From Camelus dromedarius (taxonomy: Eukaryota), in contig NC_087437.1 of assembly GCF_036321535.1 (NCBI RefSeq), positions 5,704,001-5,768,000 of the forward strand: a stretch of 64,000 nucleotides of DNA. The letters are read 5' to 3'. The stretch's first letter is position 1. Each line of letters starts with the position of its first letter. A model generated the notes under the pieces. The model saw nothing but the letters and a program-made list of their open reading frames with translations, searched no databases and was not told the DNA's origin. Both the position numbers and the translations under genes were made by a program. Shown piece by piece: positions 13,854-25,227 of the stretch.

Positions 13854-13986
13854 GAGGGAGGGTTTAGCTCAGGGGTAGAACGCGTGCTTAACATGCATGA
13901 GGTCCTGGGTTCAATCCCCAGTGCCTCCATTAAAAATAAATAAAATAAATAAGCCTAATTACTTCCCCTCCAAAAAATATTTTTAA
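13854..13986 (+). mobile_element. Vic-1-type SINE with target-site duplication
   Basis: tRNA-like head and tail. Perfect 13-bp TSD AAATCTGTTCTTG at 13841-13853 and 13987-13999. Confidence 0.93.
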
Positions 13987-14121
13987 AAATCTGTTCTTGA
14001 AACTCAGATCGATGAAACCGAAATAAATGCCAAATTTGGGAGGCGTTTACTATGCTTAGCTTCTCATGCAGTTAGGAAAGTAGGATGCGATAAAACAGGG
14101 CTCTCTGTAGACCTTCTCAGG

Positions 14122-14385
14122 AAACACTGACACAATAGCATAAACTGACTATACTTCAATAAAAAATAAATTAACTTAAAAAACCACTACATATAAAATA
14201 AACTACAATGATATATTGTATAGCACAGGGAATATAGCCAATATTTTATAATAACCACAAATGGAGTATAATATTTAAAATTGTGAATCACTCTGCTGTC
14301 CACCTGAAATTTACATAAATTTGTACATCAGCTAGACATCAATAGTTTAAAAGGATAAAAGCTAAAAAGAAAAAAGAAAAAGAAA
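14122..14385 (+). mobile_element. Two adjacent L1 3'-end fragments (short young piece, then older L1MA-like piece)
   Basis: AAACTGACTATACTTCAATAAAAAA, then TATAGCACAGGGAATATAGCCAATATTTTATAATAACC...TGTGAATCACTCTGCTGTCCACCTGAAA with an A-rich tail. Confidence 0.75.
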
Positions 14386-14449
14386 CAATACGTGGGAATT
14401 CCACTTTGCGATGTTCTTCTCTTAAGAGAACAAACTAACATAATATCAA

Positions 14450-14700
14450 GTTAAATACTGCAAATTTTTGGCTTCTCTGGAAAAATAAGATGATCCTGGC
14501 AGCACTGGGCCGAGGATTCCTTCTTGGCAGCAAAAAGATTCTTCACCAGGTTCTCTGAGTTCCCATTACTCCATGTTGCTATCCCATACCTGGCTGTTTA
14601 CACTGTCTTTCTGAGAGTTAAGAGAAGAGTGAAATATTTCTTCTAACCAAGGCTCTTTCAAAATTGGGAAACCAAAGATGAATCAGGAAGAGCATTCCTC
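14450..14700. mobile_element. MER102-like hAT-Charlie fragment
   Basis: TTGGCTTCTCTGGAAAAATAAGATGATCCTGGCAGCACTGGGCC resembles MER102 family sequence. Confidence 0.5.
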
Positions 14701-15160
14701 TGTATTTGATATGCAAATACGCCACTGTTGCAAACTAGAAATTATGATGCTGTTCCAGCTTCACTCATGATGGTATCTACCTGGTTCCTGTAGGCATTTG
14801 AGTCTGCAGTGCCTCGTGTAAATAAAGTCATAGCGGGAATACAATCAAATACAGGAGAGCTGACAAAAGTAGTGTGATAAGCAACAGTAATTTTTAGACC
14901 AAATCGTAGTGTTACTTTTGCTAACAGAATAATCTTATCGAATCTCCAGTAATTAGTAGATGCCCTCAAAGTGCCACCTAACTCAATAGCCACTGAGAAC
15001 AATCTAATGAATGCACACAGCAGTTCCTCAGCGGCTGGAAATTGTCAGTTTAATTACTTGAGTGCCTAACTCCTTTGCAGCTATATACATGTGTAAGATG
15101 GGTCCAAGGAAAATGGGTAAAGAATCTTTAGTGTCCGAGGAGAGGAAGAATAAGAAAATG

Positions 15161-15317
15161 ATAGCACAGGGAACTATATTCAACATCTTGTAGTAACCTA
15201 TAATGAAAAAGAATATGAAAAGGAATATACATATGTATATGTATAACTGAAACATTATGCTGCACACCAGAAATTCACACATTATACTTCAATTTAAAAC
15301 AAAAAAAAAAAAAAAGA
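15161..15317 (+). mobile_element. 5'-truncated camelid-type L1 3' end with TSD
   Basis: ATAGCACAGGGAACTATATTCAACATCTTG...TATACTTCAAT plus poly(A). TSD AAGAAAATGA(T/A)AGC at 15152-15165 and 15318-15331. Confidence 0.88.
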
Positions 15318-18300
15318 AAGAAAATGAAAGCTCTTGGCAGGTCTAACTTGCCTCACTGTTACCCAGAAAGAAATGGAATGGCTATTTCTTGTAGAAGATC
15401 ATGATAAAATACACATAATCCAGCCCTTAGGAGTGTGATAGGTTGAAATCAACATCTTGGAGGAACTCAGGAAGCAAATGGGTGGCCCGTGTGGACCAGT
15501 ACATTGATACAATCTGGTATTTTCTTACAGCGTTTTGGTCTTCTACCTCTGGTTCGAGTTAGCGCTCGCATTAAGCAGAGATGGCAGGGGAGGGAGAGCT
15601 GTCGAATATGAAGCCTCAGGGTCTTGAACTGTATCTTGAGAGAAATCCCGAAATAAAATGAGAGTGAGGTTTGGGAAATGAAAATTGTCATCACACATTG
15701 AGGGTAAAAATAATCTGAAGGCCGAGTGCTCAGTGAGTCAGAACCATTTCGGGAGTCGTAATGTTAGAGGCTGTGAACTGGAAACCAGATATGAGTTCAC
15801 AATCTGCGAGGCTATCAGTCAGGGAGGGAGGTCGGTCAACAGTGTCAGCGTTACTTTGGGAGGCTGAAGGGAGGCTATCATGGACCAGGGAGCCTGAACA
15901 TCTCATGTTCTAGGCAACAGATTTAAGATACAAACAAACAGCAGATAGTGTGGTCAAGGGTGACAACAATGATTAAAAGCTGAGGCAGATTGCAATAAGA
16001 AGAAAACTTAAAAGAGAGAAAGCTCTGCAGTTGATGGCATGACAAAAATAATGCGATTTTAAAGGCATTTATTTACTTTAAACATTATGAACAAGTGATT
16101 CATCAGCACCTTACCATTGGTATATAGATATAATAAATTGGCATAAGCACCATGGAGTCTTCCAGAAAGAGCATTTTATTAACATCTTGCCTATCTCTTA
16201 TTATCCTGCTCTGAAAATTCCTCTGAAGGAACCATTAGACAGTATTTGCTGAGGAACACCTATGATATTTCGGCTTTTTTTCTAACTCTAACTTCTATGA
16301 ATTTTATGATGCCACGAAAACACTTCAGCAAGAATCCTGGCAAAATATTTACAATTTCTTCAATAACATTGCTCGTGGAATAGGAGAAATGGAAAGCAGT
16401 CTCTTAGTAACCGCAGGAAAACCGGCAGGAAGGAGGAGAAACAGTTGCTTACTCTGCTGTTTGTGATGAAAAAAGTCCGAGTTGAGCTACAAAAAAGCCC
16501 GCTGGGGGCTGAGCAACGCACCTGTCAGAGCAACATCCCGTCACGATGGAGGAGGAATGGTACCCACAACCTGGCTGTGAGATGAAGAAGTACAGATGTA
16601 ACATCTGCAGGCATGTGACCAGCGGCTTGTGGGAGACGAGCACTTAGGGGGATAGAAAGGAACCTGGCACAGGCCTTGGGCTTCTGGCATCATTAGCTAC
16701 CGGTCTGCCAAGATGCTTTGGGAAACATTTTAATTTAAATGCCAAGTCTATTTCAATGAAGTCTCCCCGGTTTGACCCATTGGGAGGCCAGAGTGAGATG
16801 GATAGTTGCTCATTTTGGAGAGCATTAGGCAAATTAGATGGTGGTTTTATAAGAAGCATCCTGGAGGTTTAAATCTGTGTGTCCCCACTCACCCTAGGAA
16901 ACTCAGGCTACAAGGGTATATGACTCTCATAGCATTTTACTAGTGATGGTAAATGCAGGAAAAGGCAGAAATATCTCCAGGCATTTATTCAAAATATCAG
17001 AATTAGAGGACTTTAAGAATAAAGGCCCAGCGTTCTCCCTTTCCTCACCACAGTGTACTCACCGGCTACTATGACTGTAAATTCGGTAAGGCAGGTTAAG
17101 AACCTGATTTGAATTATATGAATATATTTTCCTGCAAAACTATCTCAAGAGAGAAAAAAGTTGAACCAAACTAGAGGGGGAAAATAAAAGAAAAAGGATG
17201 GAACTGAATAAAATATTAAAACATTGTTGTCCATCGATGTGAAAATTTGTTAGCCTGAAGGCCCAGGTTGGCAAGAGCTGGATTAAAGCTTGTCTGATGG
17301 GTTACAAAAACAGGAATCCAGAAGATCAGAAGAATTAAAACGCCCCCAAGAATAACATGAAGGTATTTGAAGTTGCCTCAGAGGCCAGGGCGGATATGTA
17401 TATGTATGTAAAGCTCGTTTCCTCATAGGCTACTTGGCAGATTGCGACGACATCATGCTAATGAAAACAATGTCTTTAAGTTCACCCCCAGCGGACTATC
17501 AGTTTCGCGCCCCTGCGGGAAGCGCATTCCCGGAAAAGGAAATACACTAGCTGGAGAAGGGCCGGAGGCTGGAGCCAGGCAGCCTGGGATGGAGAGGTGG
17601 GTGGGGCCAGGCTGGGTGCGGCCGTGGGTACCACGCTGCGGAGTTTGGGCCCTGTATGGCTCCAAGGATGGAGATTCAAGGGAGGTGTTCGCGCGGGAAG
17701 CAATGAGCGCAGGGTTGATTTTTAGGCTGGTCACTCTACCTGAAGCACTGGGGGAGGGGAAGGAGGGAGGACCAGACAGAGGAGGCACCGGCTGTTGTGA
17801 CCCAAGGTGGATCCTTTCCCCAAGATGAGCCTGACCCAGGGCTGGGTCCGCAGAGGGTTGGACCAGCTGGCATTTCTGGCGGCGGGATCAGGAAGGACAC
17901 TGGGAGGGAGGGACGACGATGGTGAAGATAAATCCCTGGAGGACGACTCAAAGGTCACAGAACAGGCTCTGCCCAGGTCCTCTGCTTCTCTCCTCTCCCC
18001 ACCTCCCCCCACCCCAGCATCCTTGCAACCAGCTGAATCAATTCACAGATTCACAGTTCAGGAGCCCAAAGGGGCGGAATTGGTTTCTGTATGAGAAGTG
18101 GGTCTGACCCACTGGGGAAGCCCAGAGGGGAACGTCCGGAGGGCCTCTCCCCGAGCTGGCGGGAGGGGAACCAGTCCCGCGCCGGGCGGGGGTTGGAGGG
18201 GGCACAGCGGCGGAGCCCCGAGCCCCGGACCTCCGTGCGGCCCCGCGGCCTGCGCGGTCGTTGCCCCTCGGGGCGCGGGGAGGGTAATTGGCAGTTGCCG

Positions 18301-18787
18301 CAGCTCTGGGGGCCCCGGAGTCTCCAGGGCCCGCGGCCGCCGCCAGTCGCCGTCCGCTCGGCGGCGAGGTTCCCGCGGCCGGATGAGCCGGCCGGGAGAG
18401 AGCAGCCGCGACGGCGGCGACCTCGAGCGGGAGCCGAGCGGCTCGCGGTGGGTTGGGGGCGCCGGGGAGGGCCCTGCGGCCTGTAGGGGGCAGCGCCGAG
18501 CCCGGGAGGAGGCGGAGGGCGGGGTGGGCGCGTCCAGGCTCCCCCTTCAGGAGCAGCCCCGGCCCGCCTGCCCGCCCCCCGGCGCCGCCGGCCTCGGCGA
18601 GGACCCGGGGGGACGTGGCGGGGCCGGGAGCGCGACGGCCTCTGGGGGGTAGTTGGGGCCCGCGGAGACTCCCGTGTCGCCTTCCGCCCAATTGGGGCCG
18701 CGGGACCCTCGGGGGGCGCCTGCCGCTTCCCGGCGTCCCGAGCCTGTGGTGGGCGCCGGGGTCCCCGCGGTGTGTGCTCTGACCCTA

Positions 18788-18930
18788 GGGTGGGTGCCCC
18801 ATACCCCAGGGTGGGGGTCCCGTTCTCCGGGGTGGCCCCTTTTCCCCGGGTGCGGTCCCGTTCCCCCGGGTGGAGTCCCCGTTCCCTCGGGGTGGGGTCC
18901 CCGGTCCCCCGGGGTGGTGCCCCAGCCCCG
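18788..18930 (+). repeat. Degenerate ~20-bp GC-rich minisatellite, about 7 units
   Basis: Units resemble GGGTGGGGTCCCCGTTCCCCCG. Confidence 0.7.
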
Positions 18931-19113
18931 TCCGCGCGGGTGTCTTTGGCGCCCGTGGCGCGCGTGTCCAGGGTGTCTCCCTCCCCAGGTGCCGGGCCCG
19001 GGGCCGCCGGAGCGCTGACTGTGTTTCTCTTCTCCCCCTGCAGGAATCTTCCGTTAATCCCGCCGCCGCGACTCTCACCGTGCGCGAGGCGAGCTCGGAA
19101 CAAACAGCACATC

Positions 19114-19119
<6 letters not shown>

Positions 19120-19146
<27 letters not shown>
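19120..19146 (+). repeat. A27 homopolymer
   Basis: 27 consecutive A inside the CpG island. Confidence 0.95.
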
Positions 19147-19270
19147 GCGGAAGAAGCGGCCGAGGCGGCGGCGGCGGGAGGAGGAGAGGAGGAGGGGCCG
19201 CGCGGCCCGAGGCGGCGGGGACGCGGGGACGCGGGGACGCGGCTTTGTGCTGGCGGGTCGCGGGGCGCCC

Positions 19271-19600
19271 ATGGCGGAGTGCGGCCGGGGGGGCGCCGCC
19301 GGCGGGGCCCTGCCCACCTCCCCGGGCCCGGCCCTCGTGGCCAAGGGCGCCCTGAGAGCCGGAGCCGGGGAGGGCGGCGGCGGCGGCGGAGGGCGCCTCG
19401 GCCACGGGCGGGCGCGCTATGACAGCGGCGGGGTTTCCAACGGAGACTGCAGCCTCGGCGTGTCCGGGGACGATGCCCGGGCCAGCCCCGCCAGGGGTCC
19501 CCGCGGCGCCGCGCTCGCCCCGACCACCGGCCCGGCCGCCTGCCCCCTCCCCCGGGAGAGCAAGCCGGGCGGCCTGCCTCGCCGGAGCAGCATCATCAAG
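19271..19600 (+). CDS. PLCL2: PLCL2 (inactive phospholipase C-like protein 2 / PRIP-2), first coding exon, 110 codons, phase-0 donor
   Basis: Translates to MAECGRGGAAGGALPTSPGPALVAKGALRAGAGEGGGGGGGRLGHGRARYDSGGVSNGDCSLGVSGDDARASPARGPRG...LPRESKPGGLPRRSSIIK, which matches the mammalian PLCL2 N-terminus as I recall it. It ends at AAG|GTAGGT (19600/19601). The ORF-track continuation past 19600 is intron read-through. Confidence 0.96.
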
Positions 19601-22600
19601 GTAGGTGGGAGAAGGGCGCTCGTCGCCCACCCCAGCCGTCCGGGGGTGGGGGTGGGGTCTTTCCCCGCGAAAGGTGTGGTGGTGGCCGGAGGAGGTCGTG
19701 CGAGGAGCCCCGTGCCAAGGGGCACCATGGGTGCACCGGTGCTTGGGGTGGTTGAGCGGGGATTGGGTGCAAATGGCATTTGGAGAATGGAGAGGTGGTC
19801 CCTGGAGTGCCGGGAGCAGTGTTGACATCCCCGGTGGAACTTGGGGCTGTCACCTCGCCCTGGACTGGCCTGAAATGATGGCCTGTATTTGCTTGGGCAG
19901 GGCACCCTTCCTCCTGTGGTTGGCTAGGCTGGTTACAGACTCCCTGTAAGCTTCCTATTGTGTGTTAAAAACAGTTAGTGATCATGTGAAAACATTTTCT
20001 TTAAAATCTCAGGCAGTGAACAGAGATTATTTAATAGATTCCTTCTGATCTGTCTGCCGTTGCCTCTTGCAAACGATTAGACTCCAAGGGTGCAAAAATC
20101 TGAGAAATGATGCAGGTTTCTGAACAGAAATGCAGATTTCGGCTTTCTTAGGGTCAAAAGCGCTAGGAGATTACAGCTGTGCAGTTTTATCTTTTCCTTG
20201 CTGCAGTAGGCAGGCCTCCAGTTCTGTGGAGTTCTGTTTCGGGCAGTTTGCTTGATGAGGATATCTTCTGCCTGGTGGTATTTAGGAGAAGGAAGTTGCA
20301 GTTGTTTTGTGCATCTTAAACTCAAGAAGTAATATTAGGAACTCCTGGGTTGGTGGTGGTTTCATTCTAATATTGCATTTTGGTCTACAGTGTAAAGATA
20401 TTTCTCGTGACATGAAGTGAAAAAATAGTTGATGAGCTCAGAGTGGAGACCTAGGCAGGACAGGGCTCTTTGGGCTCAAGTTTGGAGCAAATATGAAAAC
20501 GTTGCTCTCTGAAAATCGAGAGGTTACCAGGACAGTGAGCCGCAAAGCACCTTGACTGGGCTGCACCCACCCTTCCTGTGGTGGGTTATGGGTGGGAGAG
20601 AGGGCAGGACCAGCCACAGTGAAGAGATTTGGTGCTAGTGGTATTTGAAATGTAATTGGACCTCCAGAAATCTTCTGAGTACCGTGTAGGTGTCTGAGGG
20701 TGCAATGAGCTTCTGCAGTTATCTCGTGAAACATACCACCTTGCTACTCTATGTAACAGGCAGTTGTGAAACTGCTTTCCGCTTTGTCATCGGTTTGCCC
20801 AGTTTATGTCTGGGCAAGGGTACAAGTGAAGGGCTTAAAGATCAAATGTATTAACTGTCTGCTGCAGGAGTTCAGAGTTGAATGAAGGGAAGCCAAGTAT
20901 ATTTTTTGCTGCCTGCCCAGCTTTTAGTGACTTCTGTTTTCTGTTACTCTGTAGCTTATGTTATTATGGAAGTTGCTTTCAGCTGTGGATGATGTAATCA
21001 GTGCCATTAACAGAGTTACCTGTCACATCTGTTTTTATTGGTTGCCAGGTATTGGGGGTGGTTTTGCATTGTGGTGTTCATGGAACTTGAGGTGAAAATT
21101 CCAAAGATACAAGCGTACCACATTTGAGCTCCTCTCCCTCAATTTTTTGGAGGGCCTGTTTTTGTACTTTTTCAAAAAAAAAAATTCAAATTAGTGTCTG
21201 TAACGGGATTCACAGTGTAACTTATTTATTTACAATAGCATCTGTTTTAATTTTAATTCATGGGAGATTAGGAAGAAGGGTGGTTCGCCAACATTTCTGA
21301 TCTGTGGGATTGAGAACTTGTTGGTAGATATCATTTCTTCACTGAATATTCTAGAAACACTTGGGGAAAGGATGAATTATTCAGAAATCATTGGAATTTT
21401 GAAACTTTCCCAGGTACCTTGGTCATTTTTCTTCTTTCTAATGAAGGCAGGTGGTTCCCTGTTTGCAGCTGTAGCCCATTACTGGGACATAGGAGGGGGT
21501 CAGCGGACTGCTTCTTGAATTAATGAAGAAACGGTAGCGAAGGACATATTTTCTCTATATTTTGAATTTATAAAATGGCTGGTTTTGGATTTACCAGTCT
21601 CATGTCTTGTCTGTTGCCTTGTACCTCCTGAGATGACTTGAGTCCTTTTTCCTGACTCTGTGATCGGTTTGCATTTTCTTAAACACCCTTTAAAACCTAT
21701 GGAAATAGTGTTGCAAGTTGTTTAAGCCTTGGTTATAGAAAAGGAGTATGCTATATTTAAACAGGTAATTACTCGGTACTTCTCTTCAGTTGGCACCTTG
21801 AAGGATCAAGATTTTAGAAATGTAGTGTGGCATTTTCTAAAGACATGACAGCCTCGAGCTAATAGCCTAATAGAATGAAGAGCTCTTTTACTTTGATATC
21901 AAATTTCATACAGCAACGAATAGTGCACAGGCATTTTTGTCGCATGAATGGCAGAGCTACATTTCACTTTTGTTGAAAAAAAAAATAATCAACAGCTGAG
22001 CAGAAGCCCACGTGAAAAAGCACTGGTGACCTCTTTCCTTGGTTTCCTTGGTTTTTGAATAAAGGGATGAATGCAGTCAGAGGGTGGGAGGGGAGAGGCG
22101 GGGGAAGGTTAGTAAGCGAAGTGAGAGCTGGGGGCAGAGGCCAGTGTTTTGTGGGGGGGCATTTGTTGAAGTGTGGGCTCTGCCTGTTTGCTAGCTTCCA
22201 TCTTCATTGCAGGCCTGACCTCCCTCTTAGGTGGAGATCTCTGAATCAGAGGGAGAAATAACAGCCGAATTGGGATCAACATTGGGCAGGGAAGGGGGAC
22301 TGTTGCTGAGATGCAGGGCAGAAGCAGAAATCCACTGTAGGCTGACCAGAATTATATTCCTTATTTAAAGTTATTTCTTTGGAACTCCATCTGTTTGTAA
22401 ATATGGTGTTGAGTGAGAAGTTGTTGTAAAACTACATTTTCTGCCAAAATAGATGCACACATCTATACTGAACGAGCTTGTTGGTTCTGGTAACAGTGTT
22501 GATGGAAATGCGGGGTGAGCAGCCTTGTGGGACCTTGTATAAGTACCCGGTGAAGGTAAATACATCACAGAACTGATCGCCGGACTTTTCTGCTTTTCCT

Positions 22601-22989
22601 TAGCTTATGGGAACTAATGTGACACTTTCTAGATTATTTGCAAAGGCCCATTACTAGATTTTTAGGGAAGGAGCCATTATGTTTGTCATCTTAAGTAATC
22701 TAGTAAACGAAAACCTCACTTTCATTTTCTCTTTCCATATTCCATTTCATCACATCATGTAATATAATCCACACTTTATTTTGAAGCAATTAATTTGGTT
22801 AATTGTTCAGATGGCCTTCATCTTTTACAAATAGCTCAATCCTTTAATTCAAGAGCTTGATCTAAATATAGGAAGTAATATTTTAGGCCTTGGATTCCTT
22901 TTTAATTTTTGAAATCAGTAAAAAATTTAAGGTCTATCAGTTTGGATGGTTTATTTTAATCAAAACTAATTAAATGTGTTGGTTGGTAC

Positions 22990-23183
22990 TTTAAAAGATG
23001 TGGTGTAATTTGTATAAAGTAAAAATCACTCTTGTTGGTGCCTGGTTCTATGAAATATGACGAATGCACACAGTCACGTAATCACCACCACAATCAAGAT
23101 GCAGAGCAGCTCTGTTGCCTCAGAAAATTCCCCGAGGCCGTTTGTAGCCTCCACTCTGTCCCCCACCCCCAGACCATTGATCT
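22990..23183 (-). mobile_element. L1MB-like 3' end
   Basis: GTAATCACCACCACAATCAAGATGCAGAGCAGCTCTGTTGCCTCAGAAAATTCCCC...ACCATTGATCTG. Confidence 0.75.
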
Positions 23184-25227
23184 GGAGTACTTTTTTCATA
23201 AATAAGAAATACAGCCATTGTATTATTTTGGTGTTAAATGTAGTAACAACGGCCACTGTTAATTAAACACTTCTTATGTGCAAAACACACAAAAAGTGTT
23301 TGACATGATTCTGTGACTCGATCCTGCACCAGCCACGGAGGCTGAAGGAAACCAGAGGTCAGAGAGGTTAACCGCTGGCCTGGGTGCCAGAGCGGGCTGT
23401 GGTACCCCACTGGGGTGCGGCTGCACTCCGCTGGCCCCTCGAGTTACACTGGTGGTGTTAGTAACTTTTTTGTATTGTTGAGGTAGCATCCATGGTCTGG
23501 AAACACCAGATTGGATTTTCCCCTTTAGACGTAGGGGATATTTGAGGGGAAAGGGGCTCTCTGTTCTGCGGAGAGAAGAAGTTGACAGATAGCATTGCCA
23601 GGCAGCTGTCTGGTCACCTGTTACGGCTGCTTGACCCAAGCCTCCAGCTTCTGTGGGACGGAAGGTCTGACCTTGCCCAGGGTGACAGCCCTTACGTTTT
23701 CTAGTACCGTTATTGCTGCTATTACAGTATCATGGTGGGGAGGAGAGATGCTTTTACTCACTTGATCCCCAGCTTGATGCCTGGTCCCCCAGTGCGGGGA
23801 ATAAGCCGGCTTTTCACATCTGTTACACATGTTTAAACAAAATAAGGAAAATGTACATGCAGATATTTTGTTGGTCTGTGGTTTAAATAAACTGGACTCT
23901 TTGCGGGCAGAAGCTGGGCTGTATTTATCAGTTCTGCACAGAAGGCGAACACACAGTAACTGTTTTCTGAACTTTATCTTAAAAATGATATCTGCATTTG
24001 ACTTGAAACTTTTTTTTTTTTGGAATAGTGGCGGGTGGGGGTTGCATGCCCAGCAACCTTGTGGGCATGTCATAATTATTCAGCAGACAGTAAATGCATC
24101 ACAAAGTGAATCTGGACAGACAGGCAGCCTGGGTCACTGAGGTCAGAAAAAATCTGGTGGCCAGTCAGCCTCTCCCCACTTGGCTTTGTACGGATGCATT
24201 TCAGGTCGCCCTGGTTGGGTAACTGCTGACAGGCCGCGGGTCTCAGCCTCTCAAAGAGCTTTCGTCACGATTCAGAGTTCAGTTTCAAAAGTCATCAGAG
24301 GGTGTTCATTTCCAAACCCTAAAAATTACTTACCCCATTTGCTTTTTCCCTTGCCTCTCTTCCCACCTCTCCTCCAGTGATGCTTGACTGGCGGGGTGCT
24401 CTGCTTAGACAAGTGACAGGAAGTTGTTTATTTTTTTAATTGCTGATCTTGGCCACTCCAGTTACTTTCTTAGAATGCTCTCTCCCAGAATCTCTTTAGT
24501 TCCTTTTATAGTGCTGTGTGCTCTGCAAGGGGCCTAAACTAGACTGTTCCTTTTTTTTTTTCTTTCTTTCTCTTTTTCTTTCTTTAATGCTCAAGTTACC
24601 CATGCCTCAGTATTCGACCAAATAGGGCAGTGTTATTTACAGCCTCTGTGCAGGTATAAATGAATTGCCAGCGTTCATGATTTCTGTCCAGACTATTTTA
24701 TACAAACGTGTCTAAGAATAGACGCTCCGTTCCTTATTAACACTGAATGTTGGCTGTTATTACCTACTCATCTACTAGACCTCTGGATTCATTTAGCTAC
24801 TTTTAATTTTATATGAATGGATTCTGTAGTGCAGAAGACACTCAGATATTTTTACCAGGGAAGCCACAGGATCCGCCCCTGTGAGACTGCAGCTGCCTGG
24901 CCAGCGGATTGTGCTGCTGCTAATGGTGAATCCAGGGGGTTCCACCTGCTTGGGTGTGAGCAGTGACTCAGACACGTCCGAACCCCCAGGGGAGTTTCAG
25001 CAGGACCTGCTTTCCTCGTGTCAGGATAATTCCATAGCTTTAGGGTGCTCCGGGGATACAATTAATTACGCTGAGCTTTAGCGGCAGGTGTGTGAATCGT
25101 CCAGTCTGCTGGCAGGGCCCTTGGTGCTTACCTGTTTCCAAGTGGCGGCGGAGGGCGGGGGGCTCAGTCATACGGCGGGGGCAGGTAGGGGAAACGCATT
25201 CTGGCCGGTAATCTCAGCGGGGCTGTG

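Larger units (their letters stand above)
18110..19820. promoter_or_regulatory. CpG island / PLCL2 promoter region
   Basis: Very high GC with dense CpG, GC boxes (e.g. GGGGCGG at 18071 just upstream), ATTGG/CCAAT motifs (about 18079, 18287, and CCAATTGG at about 18688). Overlaps the first coding exon. Confidence 0.92.

Noticed and set aside
16546..16647. Short ORF with a YRCNIC zinc-finger-like motif
   Set aside because: Only 33 codons, no HxxxH pair and no supporting exon structure.
19058..19246. Open frame upstream of the ATG encoding an NLS-like poly-K RKKRPRRRRR stretch in frame with PLCL2
   Set aside because: There is no AUG or usual near-cognate start between the TAA at 19055 and the basic run, and the frame depends on homopolymer length. 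It is a by-product of the A27 and GGC/GAG repeats.
18038..19949. Many long overlapping ORFs (up to 353 aa) on both strands of the CpG island
   Set aside because: Pro/Gly/Arg/Ala-rich low-complexity products expected from stop-codon scarcity in GC-rich DNA. Only 19271-19600 matches a known protein.
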